A stretch of 33,544 bases of DNA. Source: Nitrospiria bacterium. GTDB lineage: Bacteria; Nitrospirota; Nitrospiria; JACQCE01. Below are positions 1-7,531 of the stretch, piece by piece. The notes beneath the pieces are model-generated. The model saw nothing but the letters and a program-made list of their open reading frames with translations. It was not told where the DNA came from and did no database searches. The stretch's first letter is position 1. Every line of letters begins with the position of its first letter. Position numbers and translations under genes: made by a program. Location: NCBI GenBank assembly GCA_041484905.1, contig JBGPIL010000001.1:1-33544 (forward strand), given 5' to 3'.

Positions 1-1
1 C

Positions 2-499
2 GGCGACGGCACCGATTGCGTGATCGACAGCGGGAATCCGAATTGCACCGGGGGGGGGCAGGGTTTTTCCGTGGGGCTGCCGCCGGATGGAGAGGATGGG
101 ATCGTTGACGGCATCAGTGATACCCACCTGCTGAATTTTTCGCCCCCGGGGCCGAACATCCATACGGGCCATCTGTCGGTTAGCGCGGGCGGCTGTGTGG
201 CCCCCACTCCGGCGGCCCATGATACCAATGTCAATCTTGCTGTCGGTTGTACCGACGAATTTGTCGGCGTGGAGGGTGTCACGGCGCCCTACGCCGTCTG
301 GTATTATGACAGAAGTAATTTGGGGACCAATCCGAATGCCGATGTCTTTCGCTGCAACCTCCGTTGCCATGGCGTGGTGATGGCCACCTGTTTCTATCGA
401 CCGGACGGCTTGGGGGCCGGTCCTGATGTGAGTCCCGGTAATTTTTGGTGCGCGGGTGGAGACGATCAGCGACCGAGAAGCGTCTTTGGTGACCAGTAG
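2..499 (+). CDS. C-terminal fragment of a Cys/Gly-rich hypothetical exported protein (ORF runs off the left edge)
   Basis: Frame 2 is open from nt 2 to the TAG at 497-499. The tracked ORF 20..499 only begins at an internal GTG. No domain I can name; rich in Cys, Gly, Asp and Pro. Confidence 0.4.
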   Translation, partial: GDGTDCVIDSGNPNCTGGGQGFSVGLPPDGEDGIVDGISDTHLLNFSPPGPNIHTGHLSVSAGGCVAPTPAAHDTNVNLAVGCTDEFVGVEGVTAPYAVWYYDRSNLGTNPNADVFRCNLRCHGVVMATCFYRPDGLGAGPDVSPGNFWCAGGDDQRPRSVFGDQ

Positions 500-551
500 G
501 CTGGGATGTACGGCGAAGACCGGTAGTGGCATGGACGGTCGGTGATCACGC

Positions 552-1388
552 ATGCGTCGAGAGCCATGGGTAGGGGTTGTTGTGACGGGATTGACCGTGG
601 GGATGTGGGCAGGGATGGTGTTGGGTGGGGAATCGGAGACGAAACCACCGCTTTCCCAAGACGAGATGGCGCTGGTTCCGGCGGGTCCTTTTATGATGGG
701 CAGTCAAGCCGATGCCAAGTATGTTGGATTTCATGTCGGCGTTGATGAATTGCCCCAGCATGAGGTCGTCCTGCCTGCGTTTTCCATCGATCGCTTTGAA
801 GTGACCAACGCGCAGTACGCAAAATTTATCCACGCCACGGGGCGGCCGTTGCCCTCGGATCCGAAGGATCCGGATTATTATCGATGGCAAGGCCCGGCGC
901 CGCCGGCCGGGCAGGAGCTCTATCCGGTCATGTATGTCAATTGGTATGACGCGCAAGCCTATTGCGAATGGGCGGGCAAGCGGCTGCCGACGGAAGAGGA
1001 ATGGGAGAAGGCGGCGAGGGGGGCAGATCAACGCGCCTGGCCGTGGGGCAACGAGTTTGACGGCGCCAAGTGCAACAGCGTGGAAGCCGGTCTGAAATGG
1101 TCGGCGCCCGTCGGCAGCTTTCCCCAAGGCGACAGCCCCTACGGCATCCATGACATGTGCGGCAACGTGGCGGAATGGACGTCATCGTGGTACAAGCCCT
1201 ACCCCGGCAGCACGCTGAAACGGCCGGCCTTTGGCGAACACTTCAAAGTGGCGAGAGGCGGAGCCTGGGCCTTGCCGGCCGAGCCGTGGTCTCGGGCGAC
1301 CAACCGCAACCTGGCCCAGCCGCCGGATTATAAGCATCGGTCGTTGGGATTCCGGTGTGCGAAGGATGTGAAGAGCCGTAAGGGGTGA
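552..1388 (+). CDS. FGE-sulfatase-fold protein (SUMF1/EgtB/PvdO family), exported; paralogue 1 of 3
   Basis: 278-aa ORF with a hydrophobic N-terminus (WVGVVVTGLTVGMWAGMVLGG). Family motifs: LVPAGPFMMGS, DELPQHEVVLPAFSIDRFEVTNAQY, VNWYDAQAYCEWAGKRLPTEEEWEKAARG, GNVAEWTSSWY, RGGAW, GFRCAKD. Confidence 0.85.
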   Translation: MRREPWVGVVVTGLTVGMWAGMVLGGESETKPPLSQDEMALVPAGPFMMGSQADAKYVGFHVGVDELPQHEVVLPAFSIDRFEVTNAQYAKFIHATGRPLPSDPKDPDYYRWQGPAPPAGQELYPVMYVNWYDAQAYCEWAGKRLPTEEEWEKAARGADQRAWPWGNEFDGAKCNSVEAGLKWSAPVGSFPQGDSPYGIHDMCGNVAEWTSSWYKPYPGSTLKRPAFGEHFKVARGGAWALPAEPWSRATNRNLAQPPDYKHRSLGFRCAKDVKSRKG

Positions 1389-1409
1389 GGGGTCAGGCGT
1401 GAGGGGAAA
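1382..1409. repeat. Tandem heptanucleotide array (4 units)
   Basis: GGGGTGA GGGGTCA GGCGTGA GGGGAAA. It spans the TGA of 552..1388 and the GTG at 1399. GGCGTGAGG (1396-1404) is the exact complement of CCTCACGCC (1497-1505). Confidence 0.7.
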
Positions 1410-1419
1410 AATAAAAGAA

Positions 1420-2235
1420 ATGTGGTATACAAGTTTTACCGTGATTATTTTTTGTTTTCTCTCGGCTTGCTCAGTTTTTACTCCTTACGCCTTACGCCTC
1501 ACGCCTCATGAAGTTGTTCCTCCCGGCATGGTCCTCATTCCCGCGGGGGAATTCCTCATGGGCAGCAAGCCGGCCGATGGGGCCGTCGGCATCCAGATCG
1601 GCGTTGACGAACTGCCCCAACAGAGGGTTTTTCTCAAGGGTTTTTTTATCGATCGATATGAGGTGACCAACAGCCGCTACCTCGCCTATGTGGAGGCGAC
1701 CGGCGCCTACCGTCCGGCCACCTGGAAAGGCGGCCGGCTTCCCGATGGGCAGGAGAACTTTCCCGTCGTTGATACCGATTGGTATGACGCGAGAGCCTAC
1801 TGCGCATGGGCGGGAAAGCGATTGCCCACTGAATCGGAATGGGAAAAGGCGGCTCGAGGAACGGATGGCCGGTTGTTTCCGTGGGGTAACCAGTTTGATC
1901 TGAAGAAGGCCAATACGATGGAGTCAGGGCTCGGCTGGACGAAAGCCGTCGGGAGTTATCCCGATAACGTCAGCCCCTACGGCGTGTACGACATGATCGG
2001 CAACGTCGCCGAATGGGTGGACGATTGGTATCATCCCTATCCCGGCAGCACGCTCATGCGGGACGCCTTTGGCAAGCATCCCGTGCTGCGTGGCGGCTCG
2101 TGGGCAACGCCGGTCTATCCCTTCTCGCGTGTCGCCGCCCGTCTGCCGTTCGAGCAACGGCCCTCGAATGAACGCAGCGACCATTGGCATACCGGTTTTG
2201 ATAAAGGGTTTCGCTGCGCGGAAAATTTGAACTGA
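1420..2235 (+). CDS. FGE-sulfatase-fold lipoprotein; paralogue 2 of 3
   Basis: The tracked ORF 1399..2235 starts at GTG. The ATG at 1420 gives MWYTSFTVIIFCFLSAC, a lipoprotein-type signal with lipobox. Motifs: IPAGEFLMGS, DELPQQRV, EVTNSRY, WYDARAYCAWAGKRLPTESEWEKAARG, GNVAEWVDDWY, RGGSW, GFRCAE. Confidence 0.85.
   Translation: MWYTSFTVIIFCFLSACSVFTPYALRLTPHEVVPPGMVLIPAGEFLMGSKPADGAVGIQIGVDELPQQRVFLKGFFIDRYEVTNSRYLAYVEATGAYRPATWKGGRLPDGQENFPVVDTDWYDARAYCAWAGKRLPTESEWEKAARGTDGRLFPWGNQFDLKKANTMESGLGWTKAVGSYPDNVSPYGVYDMIGNVAEWVDDWYHPYPGSTLMRDAFGKHPVLRGGSWATPVYPFSRVAARLPFEQRPSNERSDHWHTGFDKGFRCAENLN
1483..1510. repeat. Intragenic tandem heptanucleotide array (4 units)
   Basis: CCTTACG CCTTACG CCTCACG CCTCATG, directly after the lipobox Cys codon. 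It is translated as TPYALRLTPHE. Confidence 0.75.
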
Positions 2236-2241
2236 TGGGGG

Positions 2242-2269
2242 ACAGTAGACAGTAGACAGGGAAGCAGTG
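2242..2269. repeat. Tandem heptanucleotide array (about 4 units)
   Basis: ACAGTAG ACAGTAG ACAGGGA AGCAGTG, starting 6 nt after the TGA of 1420..2235. Confidence 0.6.
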
Positions 2270-2295
2270 CTAAGGAAAAGAAGGGTACGACGGAA

Positions 2296-2322
2296 GGCTC
2301 GCTGAGGCGGGCCTTATTTTTT
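2296..2322 (+). terminator. Rho-independent terminator between convergent genes
   Basis: GGCTCGC-TGAG-GCGGGCC forms a 7-bp stem (one G.U pair, 4-nt loop), followed by TTATTTTTT. It lies between the + gene ending at 2235 and the - gene ending at 2314. Flanking AA/TT could extend the stem. Confidence 0.6.
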
Positions 2323-2889
2323 GGGGTGTTTCGTCACTCCGCCTGTCCCGCCGGAGGTGTCGCCCGATCCTCCGCCGCCTTGATTGGACGTGCTTCCCAC
2401 GCCTTGGCCCTGGCCGCCCTGGCTGGTGGTCTGGGTGTGACTCTCGGCGCATTTTACCTCAATCGGCGGATCATGGTGGATCTTGACGATCATCTCATAG
2501 CCGCCCTTGTCACGGTTCGGCCGTCGAGTGGCGGGAGCAATGGTGATGGAATCGACGGAGGCGTTGATCAGTCCCCCCAACCCCCATCGTGCGCCTCCCG
2601 GGAGCCTCGGATAGAGATGGGTTTCGCTCAGATAGAAAACCATGGCGACCAGTTGGTTCTGGTAAAAGCCCAGCATCGGTGTGTCATTTCCCGTAAATGT
2701 CTGGAGGACATGGGGCGGCGCCCAGAGCTGGCCGACCTGACTGTCGCAAGCGGAGACTTGGAGATAGTTTCTTGGCGGAGCTGACGGAAGCCCCGCCTTC
2801 CCGGCCGCCTGTGACGCGCCGCCGGTTGTTGAGAGCCATGCGGCCAGGAGGAGGACGATCAGAAAGGGTTTTGAACGATGCCTCAACAT
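2314..2889 (-). CDS. Secreted hypothetical protein with Gly/Ser/Thr-rich C-terminal tail
   Basis: Signal peptide MLRHRSKPFLIVLLLAAWLSTTGGASQAAG. Paralogous to 2883..3305 (GGYEMIVKIHHD vs GSYYEMWLTVDRG; LGFYQNQLVAMVFYLSE vs VLFYHGGELIKILVLLKE). Its start overlaps the upstream stop (ATGTTGA). The competing + ORF 2326..2784 has no such support. Confidence 0.6.
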   Translation of the reverse strand: MLRHRSKPFLIVLLLAAWLSTTGGASQAAGKAGLPSAPPRNYLQVSACDSQVGQLWAPPHVLQTFTGNDTPMLGFYQNQLVAMVFYLSETHLYPRLPGGARWGLGGLINASVDSITIAPATRRPNRDKGGYEMIVKIHHDPPIEVKCAESHTQTTSQGGQGQGVGSTSNQGGGGSGDTSGGTGGVTKHPKK

Positions 2890-3305
2890 GGGAGTAGTGC
2901 TCCGCGCCGCCCCCGATCAACGGTGAGCCACATCTCATAATAGGATCCACGTTGTCGAGTAATGGGGTTTTGTTGAGAGAAGGCGAACCCCATGTCGGTA
3001 ATCGGGATACCGCCAAACTCGTTCAGGACGGTCAGGGTGTGTCCGGCTTTGATATCCTCTTCCTTGAGCAGAACAAGAATTTTGATCAATTCGCCGCCGT
3101 GATAAAAGAGCACGGGGCCCTCTCCCTGTTGCTGGCCACCCTGATACGGGGTGCCCAGACCTGGCGCACAGGCGCCTAGCGGCCGATAGGATGACGGCGG
3201 AACATGCAGGGCGGCCGCTTCCAGGCCGAAAATCTGAGGGGCGTCAAGGAACAGCAGCCCTATCAGCCCGATCCCCATTGTCGTCCACAGCCGCATCAGG
3301 CACAC
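2883..3305 (-). CDS. Small secreted hypothetical protein (paralogue of 2314..2889)
   Basis: Hydrophobic N-terminus (MRLWTTMGIGLIGLLFLDAP). Shares sequence blocks with the downstream gene and overlaps it by 7 nt. The exact start (3305, 3296 or 3278) is uncertain. Confidence 0.55.
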   Translation of the reverse strand: MCLMRLWTTMGIGLIGLLFLDAPQIFGLEAAALHVPPSSYRPLGACAPGLGTPYQGGQQQGEGPVLFYHGGELIKILVLLKEEDIKAGHTLTVLNEFGGIPITDMGFAFSQQNPITRQRGSYYEMWLTVDRGRRGALLPC

Positions 3306-3351
3306 TCTCCCGACCAGGATGATGCCACGTTAGCACCTCTCTGGATGAAAA

Positions 3352-4410
3352 TCAACGTGACGGCTGGGACGGCTCCAGCTCAAGCAGCCACGGCTCCTCA
3401 TGGCCCGAACGGTTAGAGGTAAAGATGAGGCGCCGTCCATCGGGGCTCCAGCGGGCATAATGGTCGGCCGCCGGATGGCGGGTCAGTTGCTGGGGTGTGG
3501 GAGGCGCATGGTGGATCAAGCCTGATGGCCGCTCGGAATCGTTCGAGGGCGGGGCGCCAAAATCCGGCACGGCCATGACCCAAATATCTTCGTTGCCCGA
3601 TCGATTTGATGTAAACGCGATGAACCGCCCGTCAGGACTCCAGGCGGGATCCCTGTCTATTCCGGGATCGTGCGTGAGTTGATGGACAAGCGGAGGAAAC
3701 GGTGGACGCCCTGGCTCGAATGGCGAAAGCTCCGCGATCCAAATCTCCGGATTGCCCGTTCGGTCTGACGTGAATGCCAGCAATTTCCCGTCAGGACTCC
3801 ACGCAGGTTGTGAACGGAGAATATCCTCGGTCGAAAGCACGTGGACGGCACGGTCTGCAAGGCGCATGGTTCTGAGTTCTTTGTAAGGAGGACCGGTGGG
3901 CAGAAATTCGAACGCAATCTGCGAGCCATCCGGACTCCAAGACGGAGAAAAATACTTCCCATCCCCTCGGCTCAACCGTTCGATCATCTCGGGGTGTTCG
4001 GGATCGATCAGCCACAGATCGGGCCAGATGCGGTTGACCCGGTCGGAAGTAAAGAGCAGCCGTCGGCCGTCCGGGCTCCAGGCCGCCGCGTCATCGCGGG
4101 AAGGCTCGTGCGTGAGCTGTTGAAGATGCGTGCCGTCAACCCCCATGGTCCAGACGTCCCAATTGCCGCTGAGATTCCGCATCAGCGCCAGCCGTGTGCC
4201 ATCGGGGCTCCAGGAAGTCACGTACTGGTCGCCCTCGAGCGTGGCGATGGCGGATTCGCGGGTCACGATAAACAGTGTGGTCGGCAGGTGCCAGCGCCAG
4301 GGAAACCGTGCGCACCCGAATACGACCAGGCAGCCGATGAGCGGGAGGATGAAACGCTGGGAGAAATGAACCGTGCGAGCCGGCCGGGCGGCTCTACGGC
4401 TGGGGGACAT
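3352..4410 (-). CDS. PD40/TolB-like beta-propeller repeat protein (tandem paralogue 4)
   Basis: Repeated blades of the type WSPDG(T/R/S)xxA(F/L)xSxRxGxxDIW: SWSPDGTRLALMRNLSGNWDVW, WSPDGRRLLFTSDR, WSPDGSQIAFE, WSPDGKLLAFTSDRTGNPEIW, WSPDGRFIAFTSNRSGNEDIW, WSPDGRRLIFTSNRSG. I place the start at the ATG at 4410 (MSPSRRAARPART...LIGCLVVFGC) rather than 4497, because the longer form overlaps the upstream gene by about 100 nt. Confidence 0.8.
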   Translation of the reverse strand: MSPSRRAARPARTVHFSQRFILPLIGCLVVFGCARFPWRWHLPTTLFIVTRESAIATLEGDQYVTSWSPDGTRLALMRNLSGNWDVWTMGVDGTHLQQLTHEPSRDDAAAWSPDGRRLLFTSDRVNRIWPDLWLIDPEHPEMIERLSRGDGKYFSPSWSPDGSQIAFEFLPTGPPYKELRTMRLADRAVHVLSTEDILRSQPAWSPDGKLLAFTSDRTGNPEIWIAELSPFEPGRPPFPPLVHQLTHDPGIDRDPAWSPDGRFIAFTSNRSGNEDIWVMAVPDFGAPPSNDSERPSGLIHHAPPTPQQLTRHPAADHYARWSPDGRRLIFTSNRSGHEEPWLLELEPSQPSR

Positions 4411-5377
4411 CGATGACCCACACCTCATAGTGGCCCGTCCGGTTTGAGCCGAAGGCCAGCCGCTTGCCGTCGGGACTCCAGACGGCGTTGCGATCATGGG
4501 CGGGGTTGGTCGTCACTTGCCGAAGGCCGGTGCCGTCCGGCTGCATCAGCCAGATGTCCCGATTACCCGATTGATCCGACGTTAACGCGATCCATCGGCC
4601 GTCCGGACTCCAGACGGGCCGCCAGCCATTGGCGTCACCGATCGTTAATTGCGTGGGTTTCTCTCGGGTGGTGGTGTCGTAACGCCACAGATGGCTCTGG
4701 CCCGGTTCAAAAGTGTCGTCCGGTGTTGAAGAGAGCAGTCCGATGGTCACCACATCTTTGATTTTTGAAAACCGCCTGGAGGGGAACACCAAGTACCGCC
4801 CATCAGGACTCCAGGCCGGCGACCAGTCCCCGAAGCCGCCCGTGAACAGACGCTGCTGCTCCGTGCCGTCCGGATTCATCGTCCAGACGCCGACCTCGCC
4901 ATCGCGGGTGGAAATGAAGGCGATCTTCTGTCCGTCCGGCCTCCAGACGGGCCAGCGATCCTCGGCCGGTTCCGTCGTCAACCGATGCAGATTCTCCCCC
5001 GTGCGGGAAATGGTCCAGATATCGAAGTTCCCGTTGCGGCGTGAATAGAAGGCGATGGTCCGCTCGTCCGGGCTGAACGACGGGCTGAAGATGTCGAAGG
5101 GCGGATGGCCCAAGACCGGATGGGGCTCCTTCCCGTTCGGCGGCACGGCCCACAGCTCCCAATAGGCGTCCTGATGCGAGGCGACGTAGAGGGTGGCTCC
5201 GTCATGGCTCCAGTAGACCGGCACCGAATCCACGCCCATTCGGCTCACCTGGCGGGCGCCATCGGCGGTGAGCGCGTTGTGTCCGCCGGGCAACAGTTGG
5301 CAGGCTGACAGCGCGCTGCCGAGAAGCAGGAAGAGGACGAAAAAAATGGGGACAGGTTTATTTGTTATATTTTTCAC
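4394..5377 (-). CDS. PD40/TolB-like beta-propeller lipoprotein (tandem paralogue 3)
   Basis: PD40 blades: FSPDERTIAFYSRRNGNFDIW, WRPDGQKIAFISTRDGEVGVW, WSPDGRYLVF, WSPDGRWIALTSDQSGNRDIW, WSPDGKRLAFGSNRTGHYEVW. The likely start is a GTG at 5377 (or 5383), preceded by GAGGTG, giving VKNITNKPVPIFFVLFLLLGSALSAC (lipobox). The tracked start at 5563 would overlap the upstream gene. Confidence 0.8.
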   Translation of the reverse strand: MKNITNKPVPIFFVLFLLLGSALSACQLLPGGHNALTADGARQVSRMGVDSVPVYWSHDGATLYVASHQDAYWELWAVPPNGKEPHPVLGHPPFDIFSPSFSPDERTIAFYSRRNGNFDIWTISRTGENLHRLTTEPAEDRWPVWRPDGQKIAFISTRDGEVGVWTMNPDGTEQQRLFTGGFGDWSPAWSPDGRYLVFPSRRFSKIKDVVTIGLLSSTPDDTFEPGQSHLWRYDTTTREKPTQLTIGDANGWRPVWSPDGRWIALTSDQSGNRDIWLMQPDGTGLRQVTTNPAHDRNAVWSPDGKRLAFGSNRTGHYEVWVIDVPQP

Positions 5378-5429
5378 ATTCACCTCAAGCCAACATGTCA
5401 AAATAATTCTGTCCAGATATTTCCTGTGG

Positions 5430-6428
5430 TCATGACAGTGAAAAGATGGCGATTGTCCCCCGGCCGGATCGGTCGACCGAGGTAAAGGCCAGGCTGGCGC
5501 CGTCCGGGCTCCAGGCGAGATAGAAATAGCCGATCCCCTCGATGAAGTCATGGTTGATGTCATACTTCGGCGCCCACCGGCCGGAGAGCTGGTGCGTGAC
5601 CCTGACCGGATTGGTGCCGTCCGTGTTCATCACCCAGATGTCCCGCGACCCGTTGCGCTCCGAGACAAAGGCGATCTTGCTGCCGTCCGGGCTCAAGGCC
5701 GGAATCATATCCCGCTCCGGCGTGTCAGTCAGCCGCGTGTAAGGGCCTTTTGGCGTCGCATCGGATGGAATCCGGTACAAATCGCCGTGGCCGGATCGGG
5801 TGGAGACGAAGGTGATGTTCGACCCGTCTACGCTCCACGCCGGTCCCCAGTCGCCGTTGCCCCCGGTGGTGAGCTTGCGCTGTTCGCTGCCGTCGGCGTT
5901 CATCGTATAGACGCTGTATTCCAGGTCCCGGTACGAGACGAACGCGATCTTGCGTCCATCCCGGCTCCACGCCGGCGCCAAATCGGCAAGCGGATGAGTC
6001 GTCAGTTGATGCAGAACGGGTTCGGCGGCATTGGCCGCCGGCGCCTCCATCGCCCAGATATCCCAATTGCCGTTTCGCGTGGAGGCGAAGGCGATCTGAT
6101 TTCCATCAGGACTCCAGGCGGGGTAGCGGTCGTCGCCCTTCCCGGTGGTGAGCTGGCGCAGGCCGGTGCCGTCCCGATTGATCATCCAGAGTTTGTACGA
6201 GCCGGATTCGTTAGACACAAACGCCAAGCGGGCGCCGTCAGGACTCCAGGTCGGCGTCAAATGATCCGACGCATCATGGGTCAGGTAGGTGACGTGGCGG
6301 CCCTGGCCGGCGAAGTCAAAATGCGTCCCAAGGTCGTCGATCGCCTGACACCCTGCCAGCAGTCCGAAGGCGAGTGCGGCGCTGACCGCGAGAGAGGATC
6401 GATGGAAAGAGTGGCGGTTCCTGTTCAT
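5430..6428 (-). CDS. PD40/TolB-like beta-propeller lipoprotein (tandem paralogue 2)
   Basis: Start MNRNRHSFHRSSLAVSAALAFGLLAGC (lipobox). Its ATG overlaps the upstream TGA (ATGA at 6425-6428). Blades: WSPDGARLAFVSNESGSYKLW, WSPDGNQIAFASTRNGNWDIW, WSRDGRKIAFVS, WSVDGSNITFVSTRSGHGDLY, LSPDGSKIAFVSERNGSRDIW, WSPDGASLAFTS. Confidence 0.85.
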   Translation of the reverse strand: MNRNRHSFHRSSLAVSAALAFGLLAGCQAIDDLGTHFDFAGQGRHVTYLTHDASDHLTPTWSPDGARLAFVSNESGSYKLWMINRDGTGLRQLTTGKGDDRYPAWSPDGNQIAFASTRNGNWDIWAMEAPAANAAEPVLHQLTTHPLADLAPAWSRDGRKIAFVSYRDLEYSVYTMNADGSEQRKLTTGGNGDWGPAWSVDGSNITFVSTRSGHGDLYRIPSDATPKGPYTRLTDTPERDMIPALSPDGSKIAFVSERNGSRDIWVMNTDGTNPVRVTHQLSGRWAPKYDINHDFIEGIGYFYLAWSPDGASLAFTSVDRSGRGTIAIFSLS

Positions 6429-7486
6429 GGCGCGAGAAAGGGGGTGACGTCGACCACCCAGATGTCCCAGTTGCCGGTGCGGTCGGAGGTGAAGACGAGT
6501 CGTTTCCCATCGGGACTCCACATGGGCAGGCGGTCCTGTGCGGGATGGCGGGTGATCTGCCGCTGGCCCGTTCCATCCGCCCGCATGATCCAGATATCCC
6601 GGTTGCCGGCCTTATCGGAAACATAGGCAATCCATTTGCCGTCCGGGCTCCAGGCGGGATGCCATTCGTGCGCCTTGTCCGTTGTGATTTGCGTCAAGAC
6701 CTTGGTGGCGATATCGACGGTGAAAATGTCGCCGTCGCCGGTCGGTTCCTCCAACTCTTCCCCGATGGAAAAGACCTGTCGAACGTAATCGGGAACTTTG
6801 CCGCCGTTGCGGGCCATGATCTCTTCTTTATGCGCTCTGGTGGAAGCAAAGGCGATCCGGGTGCCGTCCGGACTCCAGGAGGGGACATAGTCGCCGAAGC
6901 CGCCGCTGGTGACCATCTCCTGATTGGAACCGTCGGTGTTCATCGTCCACACTTCGACTCCCTCGTTGCGCGTGGAGACGAAGGCGATTTTTTTGCCGGT
7001 GGGGCTCCAGGTTGGATAAACGTCATGAGCTTTGGTTGTTGTGGTCAACAGCTTCAACCCCTGGCCATCTGTTCCGACCGACCAAATGTTGTTCAGCCCG
7101 GGCGTATTGGCGTGAAAGGCAATCCGGCTGCCGTCGGGATCCCACGTCGGATTGAAGGCCCGCATCGTCCGGGGCGTAATCTGATGCTTGTGCTGGCCGT
7201 CCGCATCCATGATCCAGACGCCGACGCCGATGCCCTTTACAAAGGCGGTATAGGCGATTTTCGTGCCGTCAGGGCTGAAGACCGGCGCGTAGTCGTCGCC
7301 GTGGTTGGTGGTTAATTGAATTTCGTTCAGACCGGGCGTGCTCAATGATCGATGTCCCGGAAGCGAACAGCCTGAGACAGTCAGCCCGCAGGCGATGAGA
7401 CTGCACAGGAGAATCGCGATCGTCGAGCGGGGAAACAACGCCGTCATAAACCTGCTTAGTATAATCACCGGAGAAGAAGGTGTCAA
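6425..7486 (-). CDS. PD40/TolB-like beta-propeller lipoprotein (tandem paralogue 1)
   Basis: N-terminus ...MTALFPRSTIAILLCSLIACGLTVSGC (lipobox; start 7486 or 7447). Blades: FSPDGTKIAYTA, WDPDGSRIAFHANTPGLNNIW, WSPTGKKIAFVSTRNEGVEVW, WSPDGTRIAFAS, WSPDGKWIAYVSDKAGNRDIW, WSPDGKRLVFTSDRTGNWDIW. Confidence 0.85.
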   Translation of the reverse strand: MTPSSPVIILSRFMTALFPRSTIAILLCSLIACGLTVSGCSLPGHRSLSTPGLNEIQLTTNHGDDYAPVFSPDGTKIAYTAFVKGIGVGVWIMDADGQHKHQITPRTMRAFNPTWDPDGSRIAFHANTPGLNNIWSVGTDGQGLKLLTTTTKAHDVYPTWSPTGKKIAFVSTRNEGVEVWTMNTDGSNQEMVTSGGFGDYVPSWSPDGTRIAFASTRAHKEEIMARNGGKVPDYVRQVFSIGEELEEPTGDGDIFTVDIATKVLTQITTDKAHEWHPAWSPDGKWIAYVSDKAGNRDIWIMRADGTGQRQITRHPAQDRLPMWSPDGKRLVFTSDRTGNWDIWVVDVTPFLAP

Positions 7487-7512
7487 CAGGCCATGGGGAT
7501 CATCGCAAGGGG

Positions 7513-7530
7513 ACCGGCCGGCTGGCCGGT
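7513..7530 (-). promoter_or_regulatory. Intercistronic GC hairpin directly after the stop of 7532..9379
   Basis: ACCGGCC-GGCT-GGCCGGT is a perfect 7-bp palindromic stem. There is no U-tract on the minus strand, so it is more likely an mRNA structure or processing element than a terminator. Confidence 0.3.
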
Positions 7531-7531
7531 G

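Noticed and set aside
353-370. C-N-L-R-C-H in the left-edge fragment as a haem-binding site.
   Set aside because: It is CX3CH, not the canonical CXXCH, and it is a single occurrence in a Cys-rich protein. This is insufficient evidence.
3497-7315. Plus-strand ORFs antisense to the PD40 genes (for example 3841..4416, 5550..6626, 6545..7315). Similar antisense ORFs lie at 546..1151 (-), 11305..11856 (-) and 30797..31987 (-).
   Set aside because: They have no motifs and an Arg/Pro/Gly-rich composition. The opposite strand has strong repeated-domain evidence in each case.
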